Source of the DNA: Gammaproteobacteria bacterium
Lineage (GTDB): Bacteria > Pseudomonadota > Gammaproteobacteria > GCA-001735895
NCBI GenBank assembly: GCA_050298595.1
Contig: JBNKUM010000029.1
Location: 1 to 21,496, forward strand
DNA: 21,496 nucleotides
Direction: 5' to 3'
Below are positions 10,546 to 21,496 of the stretch, one piece after another; position 1 is the first letter of the stretch, and each line of letters opens with the position of its first letter. The notes under the pieces were generated by a model. It was not told where the DNA came from. It searched no databases and was given only the letters and a program-made list of their open reading frames with translations. The position numbers and the translations under genes are program-made.

Positions 10546-12639
10546 TTAAATGCTGCCTTTAACTACAGCATCTGTAACGTTTTTCGGCGCTTCTGCATAC
10601 TTCTCAAATTCCATTGAGTAGGTAGCACGACCTTGAGTTGCAGAACGCAGATCGGTGGCATATCCAAACATTTCTGCCAACGGTACCGAAGCCCGCAATA
10701 TCTTTCCAGCGGGTGCATCCTGCATCCCTCCGAGCATGCCGCGACGACGGTTTAGATCACCCATCACATCACCCATATACTCTTCAGGAGTTACCACCTC
10801 AACCTTCATCACCGGCTCCAGTAATGTAGGCTTAGCCAGCTTGCACCCTTCGCGAACAGCCATCATTCCAGCCAGCTTGAACGCCATTTCATTTGAATCC
10901 ACATCGTGGTAAGAGCCATCGTACAAGGTGACCTTAATATCCACCATCGGATAGCCACCCAGAACACCACTATCCATCTGCTCTCTTACACCTTTTTCAA
11001 CAGCGGGTATAAAATCTTTCGGAACAACACCGCCTACCACGGCATTTTCGAACTCAAACCCTGAACCTGTTTCCAATGGCTCTAACTTCAGCCAGACATG
11101 GCCATACATTCCTCGACCACCTGATTGACGCACAAACTTCCCTTCCTGCTCAACCGACTTACCTATGGTTTCGCGGTATGCAACCTGTGGCTTACCTATA
11201 TTCGCATCCACATGAAATTCACGCTGCATACGATCGACAATAATCTCAAGATGCAACTCTCCCATACCGGAGATAATGGTTTGACCAGAATCTTCATCAG
11301 TATGTACACGGAAAGAAGGATCTTCCTGCGCCAACTTACCCAGCGCTATGGACATCTTTTCCTGATCACCCGTTGTTCTGGGCTCAACCGCTACTGAAAT
11401 AACCGGCTCAGGAAACTCCATTCTTTCCAACGTAATCGGAGAGCTGATATCACACAGAGTCTCACCGGTGGTTACATCCTTCAGGCCTACTGCTGCTGCA
11501 ATGTCACCCGCATAAACCTCTTTTATTTCTTCACGATGATTGGCGTGCATCTGCAAGATGCGCCCCACTCGATCTTTCTTACCCCTAACCGGATTAAAAA
11601 CCGAATCACCCGATTTAAGCACTCCCGAGTAGACCCGAAAGAAAGTTAAATTACCCACAAAGGGGTCGGTAGCAATCTTAAACGCTAAAGCCGCGAATGG
11701 CTCCTTATCATCAGGATGTCTTTCAGCTTCCTTATCATTAGGTAAAATACCTTTAATTGCTGGAACATCAACTGGTGATGGCATGTAATAAACCACCGCA
11801 TCCAACATTGCCTGCACGCCCTTGTTTTTAAAAGCACTGCCACAAAATGTCGGTACTATCTCACCCGCCAGGGTTCTTATGCGAATTCCCTGACGAATTT
11901 CATCAGCCGACAGATCACCTGACTCCAGGTACTTCTCCATCAACTCATCATTGGCTTCAGCAGCGGCTTCAACCATATGTTCGCGCCACTCTTTACACAA
12001 CGGTAACAAATCTGTGGATATATCTTCCTCAACATAGGTCACACCCATGTTTTCCTCATTCCACATAATGGCCTTCATCTTGACCAGATCAACCACTCCA
12101 TGAAAATTCTCTTCTGCTCCGATATTGATCTGCATCGGCACAGGATGACTACCTAACCTATCCCTTATCTGCTCAACCACACGCAGAAAATCTGCCCCAG
12201 CACGATCCATCTTGTTAACGAAAGCCATGCGAGGGACATGATACTTATTAGCCTGACGCCACACGGTTTCAGATTGAGGCTCGACACCTCCTACCGCACA
12301 AAATACTGCACATGCACCATCCAGCACACGTAAACTTCTCTCCACCTCAATAGTAAAGTCAACATGTCCAGGTGTATCTATAATATTGATACGATGCTGT
12401 GTAAACTGCTGATCCATTCCTTTCCAGAAACAGGTGGTAGCAGCCGAGGTAATAGTAATACCTCTTTCCTGTTCCTGCGCCATCCAGTCCATAACAGCAG
12501 CGCCATCATGTACCTCACCTATCTTGTGAGACACACCGGTATAAAAAAGTATGCGCTCGGTTGTCGTGGTCTTACCCGCATCAATATGAGCCATGATTCC
12601 GATATTTCGGTAATCATTAATCGGGGTAGATCGTGCCAC
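10546..12639 (-). CDS. fusA: Elongation factor G
   Basis: 697 aa, GTG start after a GGGAGG SD; [60 protein letters not shown]. Confidence 0.99.
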   Translation of the reverse strand: MARSTPINDYRNIGIMAHIDAGKTTTTERILFYTGVSHKIGEVHDGAAVMDWMAQEQERGITITSAATTCFWKGMDQQFTQHRINIIDTPGHVDFTIEVERSLRVLDGACAVFCAVGGVEPQSETVWRQANKYHVPRMAFVNKMDRAGADFLRVVEQIRDRLGSHPVPMQINIGAEENFHGVVDLVKMKAIMWNEENMGVTYVEEDISTDLLPLCKEWREHMVEAAAEANDELMEKYLESGDLSADEIRQGIRIRTLAGEIVPTFCGSAFKNKGVQAMLDAVVYYMPSPVDVPAIKGILPNDKEAERHPDDKEPFAALAFKIATDPFVGNLTFFRVYSGVLKSGDSVFNPVRGKKDRVGRILQMHANHREEIKEVYAGDIAAAVGLKDVTTGETLCDISSPITLERMEFPEPVISVAVEPRTTGDQEKMSIALGKLAQEDPSFRVHTDEDSGQTIISGMGELHLEIIVDRMQREFHVDANIGKPQVAYRETIGKSVEQEGKFVRQSGGRGMYGHVWLKLEPLETGSGFEFENAVVGGVVPKDFIPAVEKGVREQMDSGVLGGYPMVDIKVTLYDGSYHDVDSNEMAFKLAGMMAVREGCKLAKPTLLEPVMKVEVVTPEEYMGDVMGDLNRRRGMLGGMQDAPAGKILRASVPLAEMFGYATDLRSATQGRATYSMEFEKYAEAPKNVTDAVVKGSI

Positions 12640-12663
12640 AACAGAGCCTCCCGGCCTGGTTAA

Positions 12664-13134
12664 TTACCAACGAAAATGAGAGAACGCCTTATTGGCATCT
12701 GCCATTCTATGCGTATCTTCACGTTTTTTTACTGCAGAACCTTTGTTCTCAGAAGCATCCAGTAACTCGCCGGCCAGCTTGCTGGCCATGGTTTTTTCGC
12801 CACGTTTTTTAGCTGCATCAATCAACCAACGCATAGCCAGTGTGTTACGACGCGAAGGACGAACCTCAACTGGCACCTGATAAGTTGCACCACCTACTCG
12901 ACGTGACTTAACCTCAACCACAGGGCGAACATTTTCCAGAGCCTTTTCCATAGTCTCTACGGAATCAAGCTTGTTTTTCTCTGCAACAGAATCCAGAGCA
13001 TGGTACATAATCTTTTCAGCAATGGACTTCTTACCATTACGCATAATCATGTTGATAAATTTAGAAACCTGAATATCTCCGAACTTTGGATCGGGTAAGA
13101 TAACTCTTTTTGGGACTTCTCTACGTCTTGGCAT
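12664..13134 (-). CDS. rpsG: 30S ribosomal protein S7 (uS7)
   Basis: 156 aa; [38 protein letters not shown]. Confidence 0.99.
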   Translation of the reverse strand: MPRRREVPKRVILPDPKFGDIQVSKFINMIMRNGKKSIAEKIMYHALDSVAEKNKLDSVETMEKALENVRPVVEVKSRRVGGATYQVPVEVRPSRRNTLAMRWLIDAAKKRGEKTMASKLAGELLDASENKGSAVKKREDTHRMADANKAFSHFRW

Positions 13135-13150
13135 GTTACTTTCCTGCTAC

Positions 13151-13522
13151 TTATTTAGGACGCTTGGCGCCATACTTTGAACGGCCCTGACGTCGAGTTG
13201 AAACACCCTGAGTATCCAGGCTGCCACGAACTGTATGATAACGAACACCAGGCAAGTCTTTAACACGACCACCTCTAACCAGAACAACTGAGTGCTCCTG
13301 CAGATTATGGCCTTCACCACCGATATAAGAAGTCACTTCGTAACCTGTAGTCAGACGAACACGAGCCACTTTACGTAACGCTGAATTCGGCTTTTTAGGC
13401 GTTGTAGTGTATACGCGAGTACAAACGCCGCGCTTCTGTGGTGATGCTTCAAGTGCGGGCACATTACTCTTGTAAGTCTTAGACTTACGAGGCTTACGTA
13501 CCAACTGGTTAATTGTTGCCAT
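13151..13522 (-). CDS. rpsL: 30S ribosomal protein S12 (uS12)
   Basis: 123 aa; [40 protein letters not shown]. The lysines associated with streptomycin resistance are wild type. Confidence 0.99.
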   Translation of the reverse strand: MATINQLVRKPRKSKTYKSNVPALEASPQKRGVCTRVYTTTPKKPNSALRKVARVRLTTGYEVTSYIGGEGHNLQEHSVVLVRGGRVKDLPGVRYHTVRGSLDTQGVSTRRQGRSKYGAKRPK

Positions 13523-13687
13523 ACTATTTAGTTCTCCTACAAGAGCAGACTAGTTTTACTCGTTTAAAATACATAAAAAAATAACTACTCAGGTTACCAG
13601 TGCAATCACAATGATAATTTGAGCAGTTACTGAAATACTCTATGAAACATGACGACAGGCCAAAATATCATGACCTGTCGTCAGGGA
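13523..13687 (-). promoter_or_regulatory. Structured 5' leader of rpsL (~165 nt; candidate attenuator RNA)
   Basis: 13-bp hairpin at 13650-13683, long interrupted hairpin at 13582-13629 followed by U7 (13575-13581), SD AGGAG at 13534-13538. The TSS is estimated from the -10 position. Confidence 0.6.
13575..13629 (-). terminator. Intrinsic-terminator-like hairpin plus U7 inside the rpsL leader
   Basis: UAACUGCUCA/UGAGUAGUUA (10 bp, 1 G.U), AA/CC internal loop, UUAUCA/UGGUAA (6 bp), apical stem-loop, then UUUUUUU. The base is AU-rich and the stem atypically long, so termination efficiency is uncertain. Confidence 0.45.
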
Positions 13688-13722
13688 GGCGGAATTTTAG
13701 GGCTGTCGAAGCCTGCTGTCAA
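13684..13722 (-). promoter_or_regulatory. Sigma70 promoter of the str operon
   Basis: Consensus -35 TTGACA (13717-13722), 17-bp spacer, -10 TAAAAT (13694-13699), GC-rich discriminator TCCGCCTCCC. Same layout as the E. coli str promoter (TTGACA...GCCC-TAAAAT-TC). Confidence 0.88.
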
Positions 13723-13742
13723 CCGCTAAATCGACTGACAGC
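13715..13742 (-). other. Stem-loop just downstream of the rpoC stop, overlapping the str -35 element
   Basis: GCUGUCAGUCG-AUUUAG-CGGUUGACAGC, 11 bp with 2 G.U; no U-tract follows. Confidence 0.55.
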
Positions 13743-13755
13743 TCAGGATCAAAGC

Positions 13756-16700
13756 CTATTCTGCCGATGTTTCTTCACTTGCTTCTGCTGAATCACTTTC
13801 AGATGAAACAGAATTCATATCCATAGCCATAGAAAGTTCTTCTGTGTCTGGTATGACAGGCATGGCAGGCTGAATTCTTCTTGCACGACGCTCGGCATGA
13901 AAAGTCTGTCCAGTACCCGCTGGAATCAGTCGACCCACGATGACATTCTCTTTTAATCCACGTAAATCATCCTTCGCACCCCTAACCGCAGCTTCGGTCA
14001 GTACACGGGTAGTTTCCTGGAATGAAGCGGCTGAAATGAAGGATTCAGTCACCAGAGAAGCCTTAGTGATACCTAGCAGATCCTGAGTATAGGTGGCGGG
14101 TTTCTTGTTATGAGCAATCGCTTTATCGTTTGCATCCAGTACTCGCGACTTATCTACCTGGTCACCTTTCAACATACGTGTATCACCACCATCCACAATG
14201 GTTACCTTACGTAGCATCTGACGCACAATAACTTCGATATGCTTGTCATTTATTCCCACACCCTGCAGCCGGTAAACATCCTGCACTTCATTTACCATAT
14301 ATTCCGTTAGCTCGGTAATACCTTTGATTCGAACAATATCATGCGAATCTAGTTCACCATCGACCAGAACCTCACCTTTTTCAACATGCTCCCCTTCAAA
14401 AACATTGATATGACGGAACTTGGGGATCAGGATTTCAATCGATTCATCATTATCACCGGTGATGACTAGACGTTTCTTACCTTTTGTTTCCTTACCAAAA
14501 GAGATAGTACCACCCATTTCAGCCAGCACCGCTGGTTCTTTAGGCTTCCTGGCTTCGAACAGGTCAGCTACACGCGGCAGACCACCGGTAATATCGCGGT
14601 TTTTAGATGATTCCTGAGGAATCCTTGCCACAACATCACCAACTTCAATAGTCGAACCATCTTCAACATTGATTATCGCGCCACCAGGTAACATATAATG
14701 AGCTGGAATATTGGTCCCAGCGTAACATAGGGATTCACCTGTCTCGTCGATTAACTGAACCGTCGGACGCAGTTCTTTTCCCTGAGTTGAACGGATGGAA
14801 TCATCCATTACCTCAATTGAAGTCAGGCCTGTCATATCGTCAGTTTTATGCTGTACCGTGACCGATTCTACGAAATCACTAAACTTAACCTTACCCGCAA
14901 CCTCGGTGATAACCGGATGCATATGCGGATCCCAGTTAGCCAGAGTATCACCAGCTTCAACGGATTGCCCATCGGTCACATTGAATACAGAACCATAAGG
15001 AATCTTATAACGCTCTTTCTCTCGACCATTTACATCGCTAACACCGATCTCACCTGAGCGAGATACCGCTATCTGTTTATTTGATGAATTGGTTACGATT
15101 TTTACATTATGAAACTTAACAGTTCCCGTATTCTTGGTTTCGATACTATTAACCGAAGCAGAACTACTGGCCGCACCACCGATATGGAAGGTACGCATAG
15201 TTAACTGTGTGCCTGGCTCACCGATAGATTGCGCAGCAATAACACCAACAGATTCACCAATATTAACCCGATGTCCACGCGCCAGTTCACGACCGTAACA
15301 GGCCGCACAGATTCCATAACGAGCCTCACAGCTTACTGCTGAACGAACTTTCAGCTCATCAATACCCAGTGCATTGATAATATCAACTTCTTTTTCTTCA
15401 ATCAGCGTGCCTTCAGGTAGAACAACATTACCTTCTGCATCCTCTACATCCTGTAAGGTGACGCGACCCAGGATTCTTTCACCTAGCTCTACTACGATAT
15501 CGCCACCTTCAATAACTGGCGTCATCATAATACCTTCAGAAGTACCACAATCATCCATAGCAACAACCAGATCCTGAGACACATCGACCAGACGGCGAGT
15601 CAAATATCCAGAGTTTGCTGTTTTCAATGCTGTATCGGCCAGACCTTTTCGTGCACCGTGGGTAGAGATGAAGTACTGCAATACGTCGAGACCTTCACGG
15701 AAGTTTGCCTTGATTGCTGTTTCAATGATCGAGCCATCCGGCTTCGCCATCAAACCACGCATACCAGCCAGCTGTCTGATCTGGGCTGCTGAACCACGAG
15801 CACCCGAGTCAGCCATGATAAAGATCGAGTTGAAAGAGTCCTGTTCGACATCATTGCCGTCGGCATCTTTAACAATATCTTTACCCAGTTTGTTCATCAT
15901 TGCGCGCGCAACCTGATCATTAGCATGAGACCAGATATCAACTACTTTGTTATAGCGTTCACCTGAGGTTACCAGACCAGTAGCCCACTGTTTTTCAATA
16001 TCCTTGATTTCGTTTTCAGCGTTATCAATAATGGCAACCTTTTCATCAGGAATAACCATATCGTTAACACCAATTGATACACCTGCGCGAGTCGCATAGT
16101 AATATCCGGTATACATGAGTTGATCTGCCAGGATTACAGTGTCTTTTAAACCGATATCGCGATAGCAGGCATCAATTAATGATGATACTGCCTTCTTATC
16201 CAGTGTACGGTTGATCAGATCGAACGAAAGTCCTTTAGGTAGTAGCTCACTCAGGATGGCACGACCTACCGTGGTATCTACCAGGCGGCGAGACTCAATT
16301 TTCTCACCCTCTTCTGTGAGGGTATATTCAGTCACTCGAAATTTGACTTTTGCCTGCAGTGCAGCAGCATGAGTGTTATAGGCGCGTAACACTTCCTTGG
16401 CGTCGGCAAATACCATGCCCTCGCCTTTAGTATTAACTCTTTCGCGAGTCATATAGTACAGACCCAGGATAATATCCTGTGTAGGCACGATGATAGGCTT
16501 ACCATTTGCAGGTGAAAGAATATTGTTGGTCGACATCATCAAAGCACGCGCTTCAAGTTGCGCTTCGATAGACAACGGAATATGTACCGCCATCTGGTCA
16601 CCATCAAAATCCGCATTGAATGCAGTACACACCAGAGGATGCAACTGGATTGCCTTACCTTCAATAAGCGTAGGCTCAAATGCCTGAATACCCAATCTAT

Positions 16701-17988
16701 GTAGCGTAGGAGCACGGTTTAACATTACAGGATGTTCGCGGATTACTTCTTCCAGGATATCCCAAACCTCTGCTACCTCTTTCTCAACCAGTTTCTTGGC
16801 CGCTTTGATGGTAGTAGCTAAACCTCTTAACTGCAGTTTACTAAAGATAAAAGGCTTAAATAACTCTAGCGCCATCTTCTTTGGCAGGCCACATTGATGT
16901 AGACGTAAAGTTGGGCCAACAACGATAACCGAACGACCAGAGTAATCGACACGCTTACCCAACAGGTTCTGACGGAAACGACCCTGCTTACCCTTGATCA
17001 TGTCGGATAATGATTTCAATGGACGCTTGTTGGTGCCAGTGATAGCACGACCGCGACGTCCATTATCCAGCAAGGCATCGACAGACTCCTGCAGCATACG
17101 CTTTTCGTTGCGTACGATAATATCTGGCGCACTTAGCTCAAGCAGACGCTTTAGACGGTTATTCCGGTTGATTACACGACGATAAAGATCATTCAGATCA
17201 GATGTAGCAAAACGACCGCCATCCAGAGGTACCAGTGGGCGTAAATCAGGTGGCAGCACTGGCAATACAGTCATTACCATCCACTCCGGCTTATTACCAG
17301 ACTCAATAAAGTTTTCGACCAGCTTTAAGCGCTTGGATAAACGTTTGAACTTGGTTTCAGACTTGGTGGTATCAATCTCATCACGCAATTCCTGCGCTTC
17401 TGTATGTAAATCGATCTGCATCAGCAATTCATAAACAGCTTCTGCACCCATCTTGGCATTAAAGTCATCACCAAATTCTTCGATGGCTTCCAGATAGGAT
17501 TCGTCAGTCAGTAACTGACCTTTTTCCAGCGTAGTCATACCTGGGTCAATGACTACAAAGCCTTCAAAATACAGAACGCGTTCAATATCACGCAGGGTCA
17601 TATCCAGTAAAAGACCGATACGTGACGGTAGCGATTTCAAAAACCAGATATGCGCAATTGGACAGGCCAGTTCAATATGCCCCATACGCTCACGACGCAC
17701 CTTGGTTTGGGTGACTTCAACGCCACATTTTTCACAAACAACACCACGGTGCTTGAGACGCTTGTACTTACCGCAAAGACATTCGTAATCTTTTACAGGG
17801 CCGAACACCTTGGCACAAAACAGGCCATCGCGTTCCGGCTTAAAGGTACGATAGTTGATGGTTTCAGGCTTTTTAACCTCACCATAGGACCAGGACCTGA
17901 CCATATCCGGTGAGGCCAGACCAATTCGAATAAAATCAAAATCATCATCTTGATTTGTCTTTTTTAACAGATTGAGTAAATCTTTCAT
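13756..17988 (-). CDS. rpoC: DNA-directed RNA polymerase subunit beta'
   Basis: 1410 aa; MKDLL start with AGGAG SD, Zn finger [19 protein letters not shown], catalytic [11 protein letters not shown], bridge helix [26 protein letters not shown], trigger loop [13 protein letters not shown] followed by the SI3 insertion. Confidence 0.99.
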   Translation of the reverse strand: MKDLLNLLKKTNQDDDFDFIRIGLASPDMVRSWSYGEVKKPETINYRTFKPERDGLFCAKVFGPVKDYECLCGKYKRLKHRGVVCEKCGVEVTQTKVRRERMGHIELACPIAHIWFLKSLPSRIGLLLDMTLRDIERVLYFEGFVVIDPGMTTLEKGQLLTDESYLEAIEEFGDDFNAKMGAEAVYELLMQIDLHTEAQELRDEIDTTKSETKFKRLSKRLKLVENFIESGNKPEWMVMTVLPVLPPDLRPLVPLDGGRFATSDLNDLYRRVINRNNRLKRLLELSAPDIIVRNEKRMLQESVDALLDNGRRGRAITGTNKRPLKSLSDMIKGKQGRFRQNLLGKRVDYSGRSVIVVGPTLRLHQCGLPKKMALELFKPFIFSKLQLRGLATTIKAAKKLVEKEVAEVWDILEEVIREHPVMLNRAPTLHRLGIQAFEPTLIEGKAIQLHPLVCTAFNADFDGDQMAVHIPLSIEAQLEARALMMSTNNILSPANGKPIIVPTQDIILGLYYMTRERVNTKGEGMVFADAKEVLRAYNTHAAALQAKVKFRVTEYTLTEEGEKIESRRLVDTTVGRAILSELLPKGLSFDLINRTLDKKAVSSLIDACYRDIGLKDTVILADQLMYTGYYYATRAGVSIGVNDMVIPDEKVAIIDNAENEIKDIEKQWATGLVTSGERYNKVVDIWSHANDQVARAMMNKLGKDIVKDADGNDVEQDSFNSIFIMADSGARGSAAQIRQLAGMRGLMAKPDGSIIETAIKANFREGLDVLQYFISTHGARKGLADTALKTANSGYLTRRLVDVSQDLVVAMDDCGTSEGIMMTPVIEGGDIVVELGERILGRVTLQDVEDAEGNVVLPEGTLIEEKEVDIINALGIDELKVRSAVSCEARYGICAACYGRELARGHRVNIGESVGVIAAQSIGEPGTQLTMRTFHIGGAASSSASVNSIETKNTGTVKFHNVKIVTNSSNKQIAVSRSGEIGVSDVNGREKERYKIPYGSVFNVTDGQSVEAGDTLANWDPHMHPVITEVAGKVKFSDFVESVTVQHKTDDMTGLTSIEVMDDSIRSTQGKELRPTVQLIDETGESLCYAGTNIPAHYMLPGGAIINVEDGSTIEVGDVVARIPQESSKNRDITGGLPRVADLFEARKPKEPAVLAEMGGTISFGKETKGKKRLVITGDNDESIEILIPKFRHINVFEGEHVEKGEVLVDGELDSHDIVRIKGITELTEYMVNEVQDVYRLQGVGINDKHIEVIVRQMLRKVTIVDGGDTRMLKGDQVDKSRVLDANDKAIAHNKKPATYTQDLLGITKASLVTESFISAASFQETTRVLTEAAVRGAKDDLRGLKENVIVGRLIPAGTGQTFHAERRARRIQPAMPVIPDTEELSMAMDMNSVSSESDSAEASEETSAE

Positions 17989-18031
17989 TGTTTCTCCTGC
18001 TGCTTAAATCGATACATGAAGACCAAAGGTC

Positions 18032-21000
18032 TTATTCTTGCTCGAGATCAATATTCAAGCCTAAAGAGCGAATTTCTTTAAGCAACACGTTGAATGATTC
18101 CGGCATTCCGGCTTCCATACTAAAATTGCCATCGACAATATTCTTGTACATCTTATTACGCCCGTTAACATCATCCGACTTAACAGTTAGCATTTCCTGC
18201 AGAGTGTATGCCGCGCCGTATGACTCCAGCGCCCACACTTCCATCTCACCGAAACGCTGACCACCAAACTGTGCTTTACCACCCAGCGGTTGTTGCGTAA
18301 CCAGACTATAAGGACCAGTAGAACGTGCGTGCATTTTATCATCGACCAGATGATTCAACTTAAGCATGTACATATAACCAACGGTTACCGGACGATCAAA
18401 AGCTTCGCCACTACGTCCGTCATAAAGGATTGTCTGACCCGTTTCAGGCAAGTCAGCCAGTTTGAGCATGCGTACAATCTCTTCTTCCTCTGCACCATCG
18501 AAAACAGGTGTGGACATAGGCACACCACCTCGCAGGTTGTTACACATCTCCATGACTTCATCATCATTGAACTGGGCCAAATCCAGCTTGGTAGCTCGGT
18601 CGTTGTAAACTTTTTCCAGGAACTCGCGCATCTGCTCAGCCTTGTTATGCTGATCCAGCATCTTACCAATCTTCAGACCTATGCCTTTTGCAGCCCAGCC
18701 CAGATGAGTTTCAAGAATCTGCCCAACGTTCATACGTGAAGGTACACCCAGCGGATTAAGTACTATATCAACCGGTGTTCCATCTTCGCGGTATGGCATA
18801 TCTTCTTCAGGCACAATCATTGAGACCACACCCTTGTTACCATGACGACCCGCCATTTTGTCACCAGGTTGCATGCGACGTTTCACAGCAAGGAAAACCT
18901 TAACCATTTTCAGCACGCCAGGTGCTAGATCATCACCCGCAACAACCTTACGTTTCTTCTCTTCGAACAGTTCATCAAAGATGCGGCGTTGTGCATCTAG
19001 CTGCTGACCAAGGTCTTCAACCTGCTTACTGATTCCATCATCGCTGACGCGAATTTTAAGCCAGTTTTCACGACCAATAGCTTCCATATATTCAGCAGTA
19101 ACCTCACTGCCTTTGTTTAACTTTTCTGGGCCACCATCGGCTATCTGACCTTCGATCAGTCGCGCCAGTCGACTGTAGATATTACCTTCGATAATTCGGA
19201 ACTGGTCATCCAGATCGATCTTCAGTGATTTGATTTCAGCTTTTTCTATTTCCAGTGCTCTGGCATCTTTTTCCACGCCATCACGCGTAAATACACGCAC
19301 GTCAATAACCGTGCCAATCATGCCCGATGGAACACGCAATGAAGTATCTTTAACGTCAGAAGCTTTTTCACCAAAAATAGCACGCAATAGCTTTTCTTCT
19401 GGAGTTAACTGAGTTTCACCCTTAGGTGTTACTTTACCAACCAGAATATCACCTGGCTTAACCTCAGCGCCTACATATACCACACCGGATTCATCCAGTT
19501 TGGATAAGAGGCCTTCGCTTACGTTAGGAATATCAGCAGTAATCTCTTCAGATCCAAGCTTGGTATCACGAGCCAGGCAGCTTAATTCTTCGATATGAAT
19601 CGTAGTAAAGCGATCTTCTTTAACCACACGCTCGGATAACAGGATCGAATCCTCATAGTTGTATCCATTCCAGGGCATGAATGCCACCTGCATGTTCTGA
19701 CCCAGAGCCAGTTCACCCAGATCGGTTGAAGCGCCATCCGCCAGTACATCGTTGGCAGCAACCACATCACCTGGCTTAACGATAGGCTTCTGATTGATAC
19801 AGGTATTCTGGTTAGATCGTGTGTATTTAGTGAAGTTATAAATATCAACACCAGGTTCACCCGCCTGGGTTTCATCTTCGTTCACTCGAATTACCACGCG
19901 ACTTGCGTCAACTGAATCAATCACACCACCGCGGCGCGCCTTCACCACCGTACCAGAATCCACCGCTACTGCGCGTTCGATTCCAGTTCCAACCAATGGC
20001 TTATCTGCGCGCAGGCAGGGAACAGCCTGACGTTGCATGTTTGATCCCATCAATGCACGGTTCGCATCGTCATGTTCCAGGAAAGGGATTAATGAAGCAG
20101 CGACCGAAACAATCTGTTTTGGAGATACGTCCATATAATCAATCTTGTCGGCTGTCGACAGGGTAAATTCATTTTGGTAACGGCAGGGGATTAAATCATC
20201 CAGCATGCTACCATCTTCACCGATCGTGACATTCGCCTGAGCGATAGAGTACTGACTTTCTTCGATTGCTGACAGGTAAACCACATCATCAGTTACCTTA
20301 CCATCATTAACCTTGCGATAAGGTGTTTCCAGAAAACCATAGTGATTGGTACGAGCATAAACCGACAACGAATTGATCAGACCAATGTTGGGTCCTTCAG
20401 GAGTCTCGATAGGACATACGCGACCATAGTGAGTCGGATGTACGTCACGTACCTCAAAGCCTGCGCGCTCACGGGTTAAACCGCCCGGCCCTAACGCAGA
20501 AACACGTCGCTTGTGAGTAACTTCAGACAATGGGTTATTCTGATCCATAAACTGCGACAACTGACTGGAACCAAAAAATTCCTTTACAGCAGCAGCAACA
20601 GGTTTGGCATTGATAATATCCTGTGGCATCAGGCCTTCAGATTCGACCAGACTTAAGCGATCACGTACCGCACGCTCAACTCGTACCAGGCCGGTACGGA
20701 AAGCATTTTCCGCCATTTCGCCAACGCTACGAATACGGCGATTACCCAGATGATCGATATCATCCACGATACCGTTACCATTGCGGATATTGATCAGCTC
20801 CCTGAGCACATCCACGATATCCTCTTTGGACAACACCCCTTCACCGGTCTCTTCTTCACGACTCAAACGGCGATTGAACTTCATCCGACCCACCGCGGAC
20901 AGATCGTATCGATCAGAAGTGAAGAACAGGTTATTGAAAAGGTTTTGCGCAGCTTCCTTGGTGGGCGGCTCGCCCGGACGCATCATGCGATAGATCTCTA

Positions 21001-21496
21001 CCTGTGCCTCGAGCTCATTAGTGGTGGGATCGATACGCAGGGTCTCTGAAAGGAAGGGGCCGTGATCCAGATCATTGGTGAACAGGGTGTCGAGTTTCTT
21101 GACGCCTGCCTCGATGAACTTCTCCACCATCTCTTCAGTGATCTCGACATTGGCCTCCGCCAACAATTCACCGGTCTCTTTATCGACGATATTATGCGCC
21201 AGTACACGGCCACTGAGATATTCGCGGGGTACTTCCAGTTTGTTCACACCCGCCTTTTCCAGTTCGCGGATATGACGTGCCGTGATGCGTCGACCGGCTT
21301 CCACGATAACCCCATCACCAGACTTGATGTCGAAACTGACGGTTTCGCCACGCAGACGCTCAGGTACCAGCTCGACCTTCACGGAACGCTTGGATAACGT
21401 AAAACTATCGGTCTCGAAGAACATCTCCAGGATCTGCTCGGTTTCAAACCCCAGAGCGCGCAGCAGGATGGTTGCTGGCAGCTTGCGGCGTCGATC
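18032..21496 (-). CDS. rpoB: DNA-directed RNA polymerase subunit beta, 5'-truncated (about the first 200 aa lie beyond the window)
   Basis: The frame is open to the window end ([25 protein letters not shown]...), so the track's Met at 21424 is internal. Rif cluster [47 protein letters not shown]. Confidence 0.99.
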   Translation of the reverse strand, partial: DRRRKLPATILLRALGFETEQILEMFFETDSFTLSKRSVKVELVPERLRGETVSFDIKSGDGVIVEAGRRITARHIRELEKAGVNKLEVPREYLSGRVLAHNIVDKETGELLAEANVEITEEMVEKFIEAGVKKLDTLFTNDLDHGPFLSETLRIDPTTNELEAQVEIYRMMRPGEPPTKEAAQNLFNNLFFTSDRYDLSAVGRMKFNRRLSREEETGEGVLSKEDIVDVLRELINIRNGNGIVDDIDHLGNRRIRSVGEMAENAFRTGLVRVERAVRDRLSLVESEGLMPQDIINAKPVAAAVKEFFGSSQLSQFMDQNNPLSEVTHKRRVSALGPGGLTRERAGFEVRDVHPTHYGRVCPIETPEGPNIGLINSLSVYARTNHYGFLETPYRKVNDGKVTDDVVYLSAIEESQYSIAQANVTIGEDGSMLDDLIPCRYQNEFTLSTADKIDYMDVSPKQIVSVAASLIPFLEHDDANRALMGSNMQRQAVPCLRADKPLVGTGIERAVAVDSGTVVKARRGGVIDSVDASRVVIRVNEDETQAGEPGVDIYNFTKYTRSNQNTCINQKPIVKPGDVVAANDVLADGASTDLGELALGQNMQVAFMPWNGYNYEDSILLSERVVKEDRFTTIHIEELSCLARDTKLGSEEITADIPNVSEGLLSKLDESGVVYVGAEVKPGDILVGKVTPKGETQLTPEEKLLRAIFGEKASDVKDTSLRVPSGMIGTVIDVRVFTRDGVEKDARALEIEKAEIKSLKIDLDDQFRIIEGNIYSRLARLIEGQIADGGPEKLNKGSEVTAEYMEAIGRENWLKIRVSDDGISKQVEDLGQQLDAQRRIFDELFEEKKRKVVAGDDLAPGVLKMVKVFLAVKRRMQPGDKMAGRHGNKGVVSMIVPEEDMPYREDGTPVDIVLNPLGVPSRMNVGQILETHLGWAAKGIGLKIGKMLDQHNKAEQMREFLEKVYNDRATKLDLAQFNDDEVMEMCNNLRGGVPMSTPVFDGAEEEEIVRMLKLADLPETGQTILYDGRSGEAFDRPVTVGYMYMLKLNHLVDDKMHARSTGPYSLVTQQPLGGKAQFGGQRFGEMEVWALESYGAAYTLQEMLTVKSDDVNGRNKMYKNIVDGNFSMEAGMPESFNVLLKEIRSLGLNIDLEQE

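Noticed and set aside
13151-13522. Streptomycin-resistance alleles in rpsL
   Set aside because: PKKPNSA and RVKDLPG are both wild type.
13523-13755. rpoBC directly adjacent to rpsL, with no tusDCB upstream of rpsL
   Set aside because: This is the ancestral, widespread arrangement; only taxonomically informative.
20340-20580. Rifampicin-resistance substitutions in rpoB clusters I and II
   Set aside because: Residues equivalent to E. coli Q513, D516, H526, S531, L533 and I572 are wild type.
92-21397. About 40 short alternative ORFs in the six-frame track (e.g. 6478-6864 +, 18290-18739 +, 21062-21397 +, 6802-7134 -)
   Set aside because: They overlap highly conserved genes in antisense or shifted frames and show no recognisable domain. 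They are the expected shadows of codon bias.
20752-21496. GATC at the rpoB compositional break (20752-20755) and at the window end, suggesting a Sau3AI ligation chimera
   Set aside because: GATC is frequent, with several internal sites in this segment, and an in-frame ligation at the homologous position is very improbable.
13756-21496. Inteins, introns, frameshifts or an rpoB-rpoC fusion
   Set aside because: Lengths and motif spacing match normal proteobacterial subunits. rpoB has its own stop, followed by a 43-bp spacer and an SD for rpoC.

Overview
A core housekeeping region of a non-enteric gammaproteobacterium (inferred from protein sequences and gene order). All genes are on the minus strand. 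In transcription order: rpoB (5'-truncated), rpoC, rpsL, rpsG, fusA, tuf, rpsJ, rplC, rplD, rplW, rplB, rpsS, rplV, rpsC, rplP, rpmC, rpsQ, rplN, rplX, rplE, rpsN, rpsH, rplF, rplR, rpsE, rpmD, rplO, secY (N-terminus only). I found no accessory genes, mobile elements, CRISPR arrays, tRNA or rRNA, and I cannot support a new protein-coding system here. Four things deserve a second look. (1) Regulation appears rewired relative to E. coli: rpsJ is attached to the str operon, and a sigma70 promoter plus structured leader lies between rpsJ and rplC. (2) The rpsL leader has several hairpins and looks attenuator-like, while the rpsL-rpsG spacer is too short for the E. coli S7 operator. (3) Third-position GC changes sharply inside rpoB near 20760, suggesting a mosaic gene or an assembly chimera. 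(4) The str-linked fusA has rare codons and substitutions in conserved motifs. All counts and RNA pairings were done by hand and need computational confirmation.
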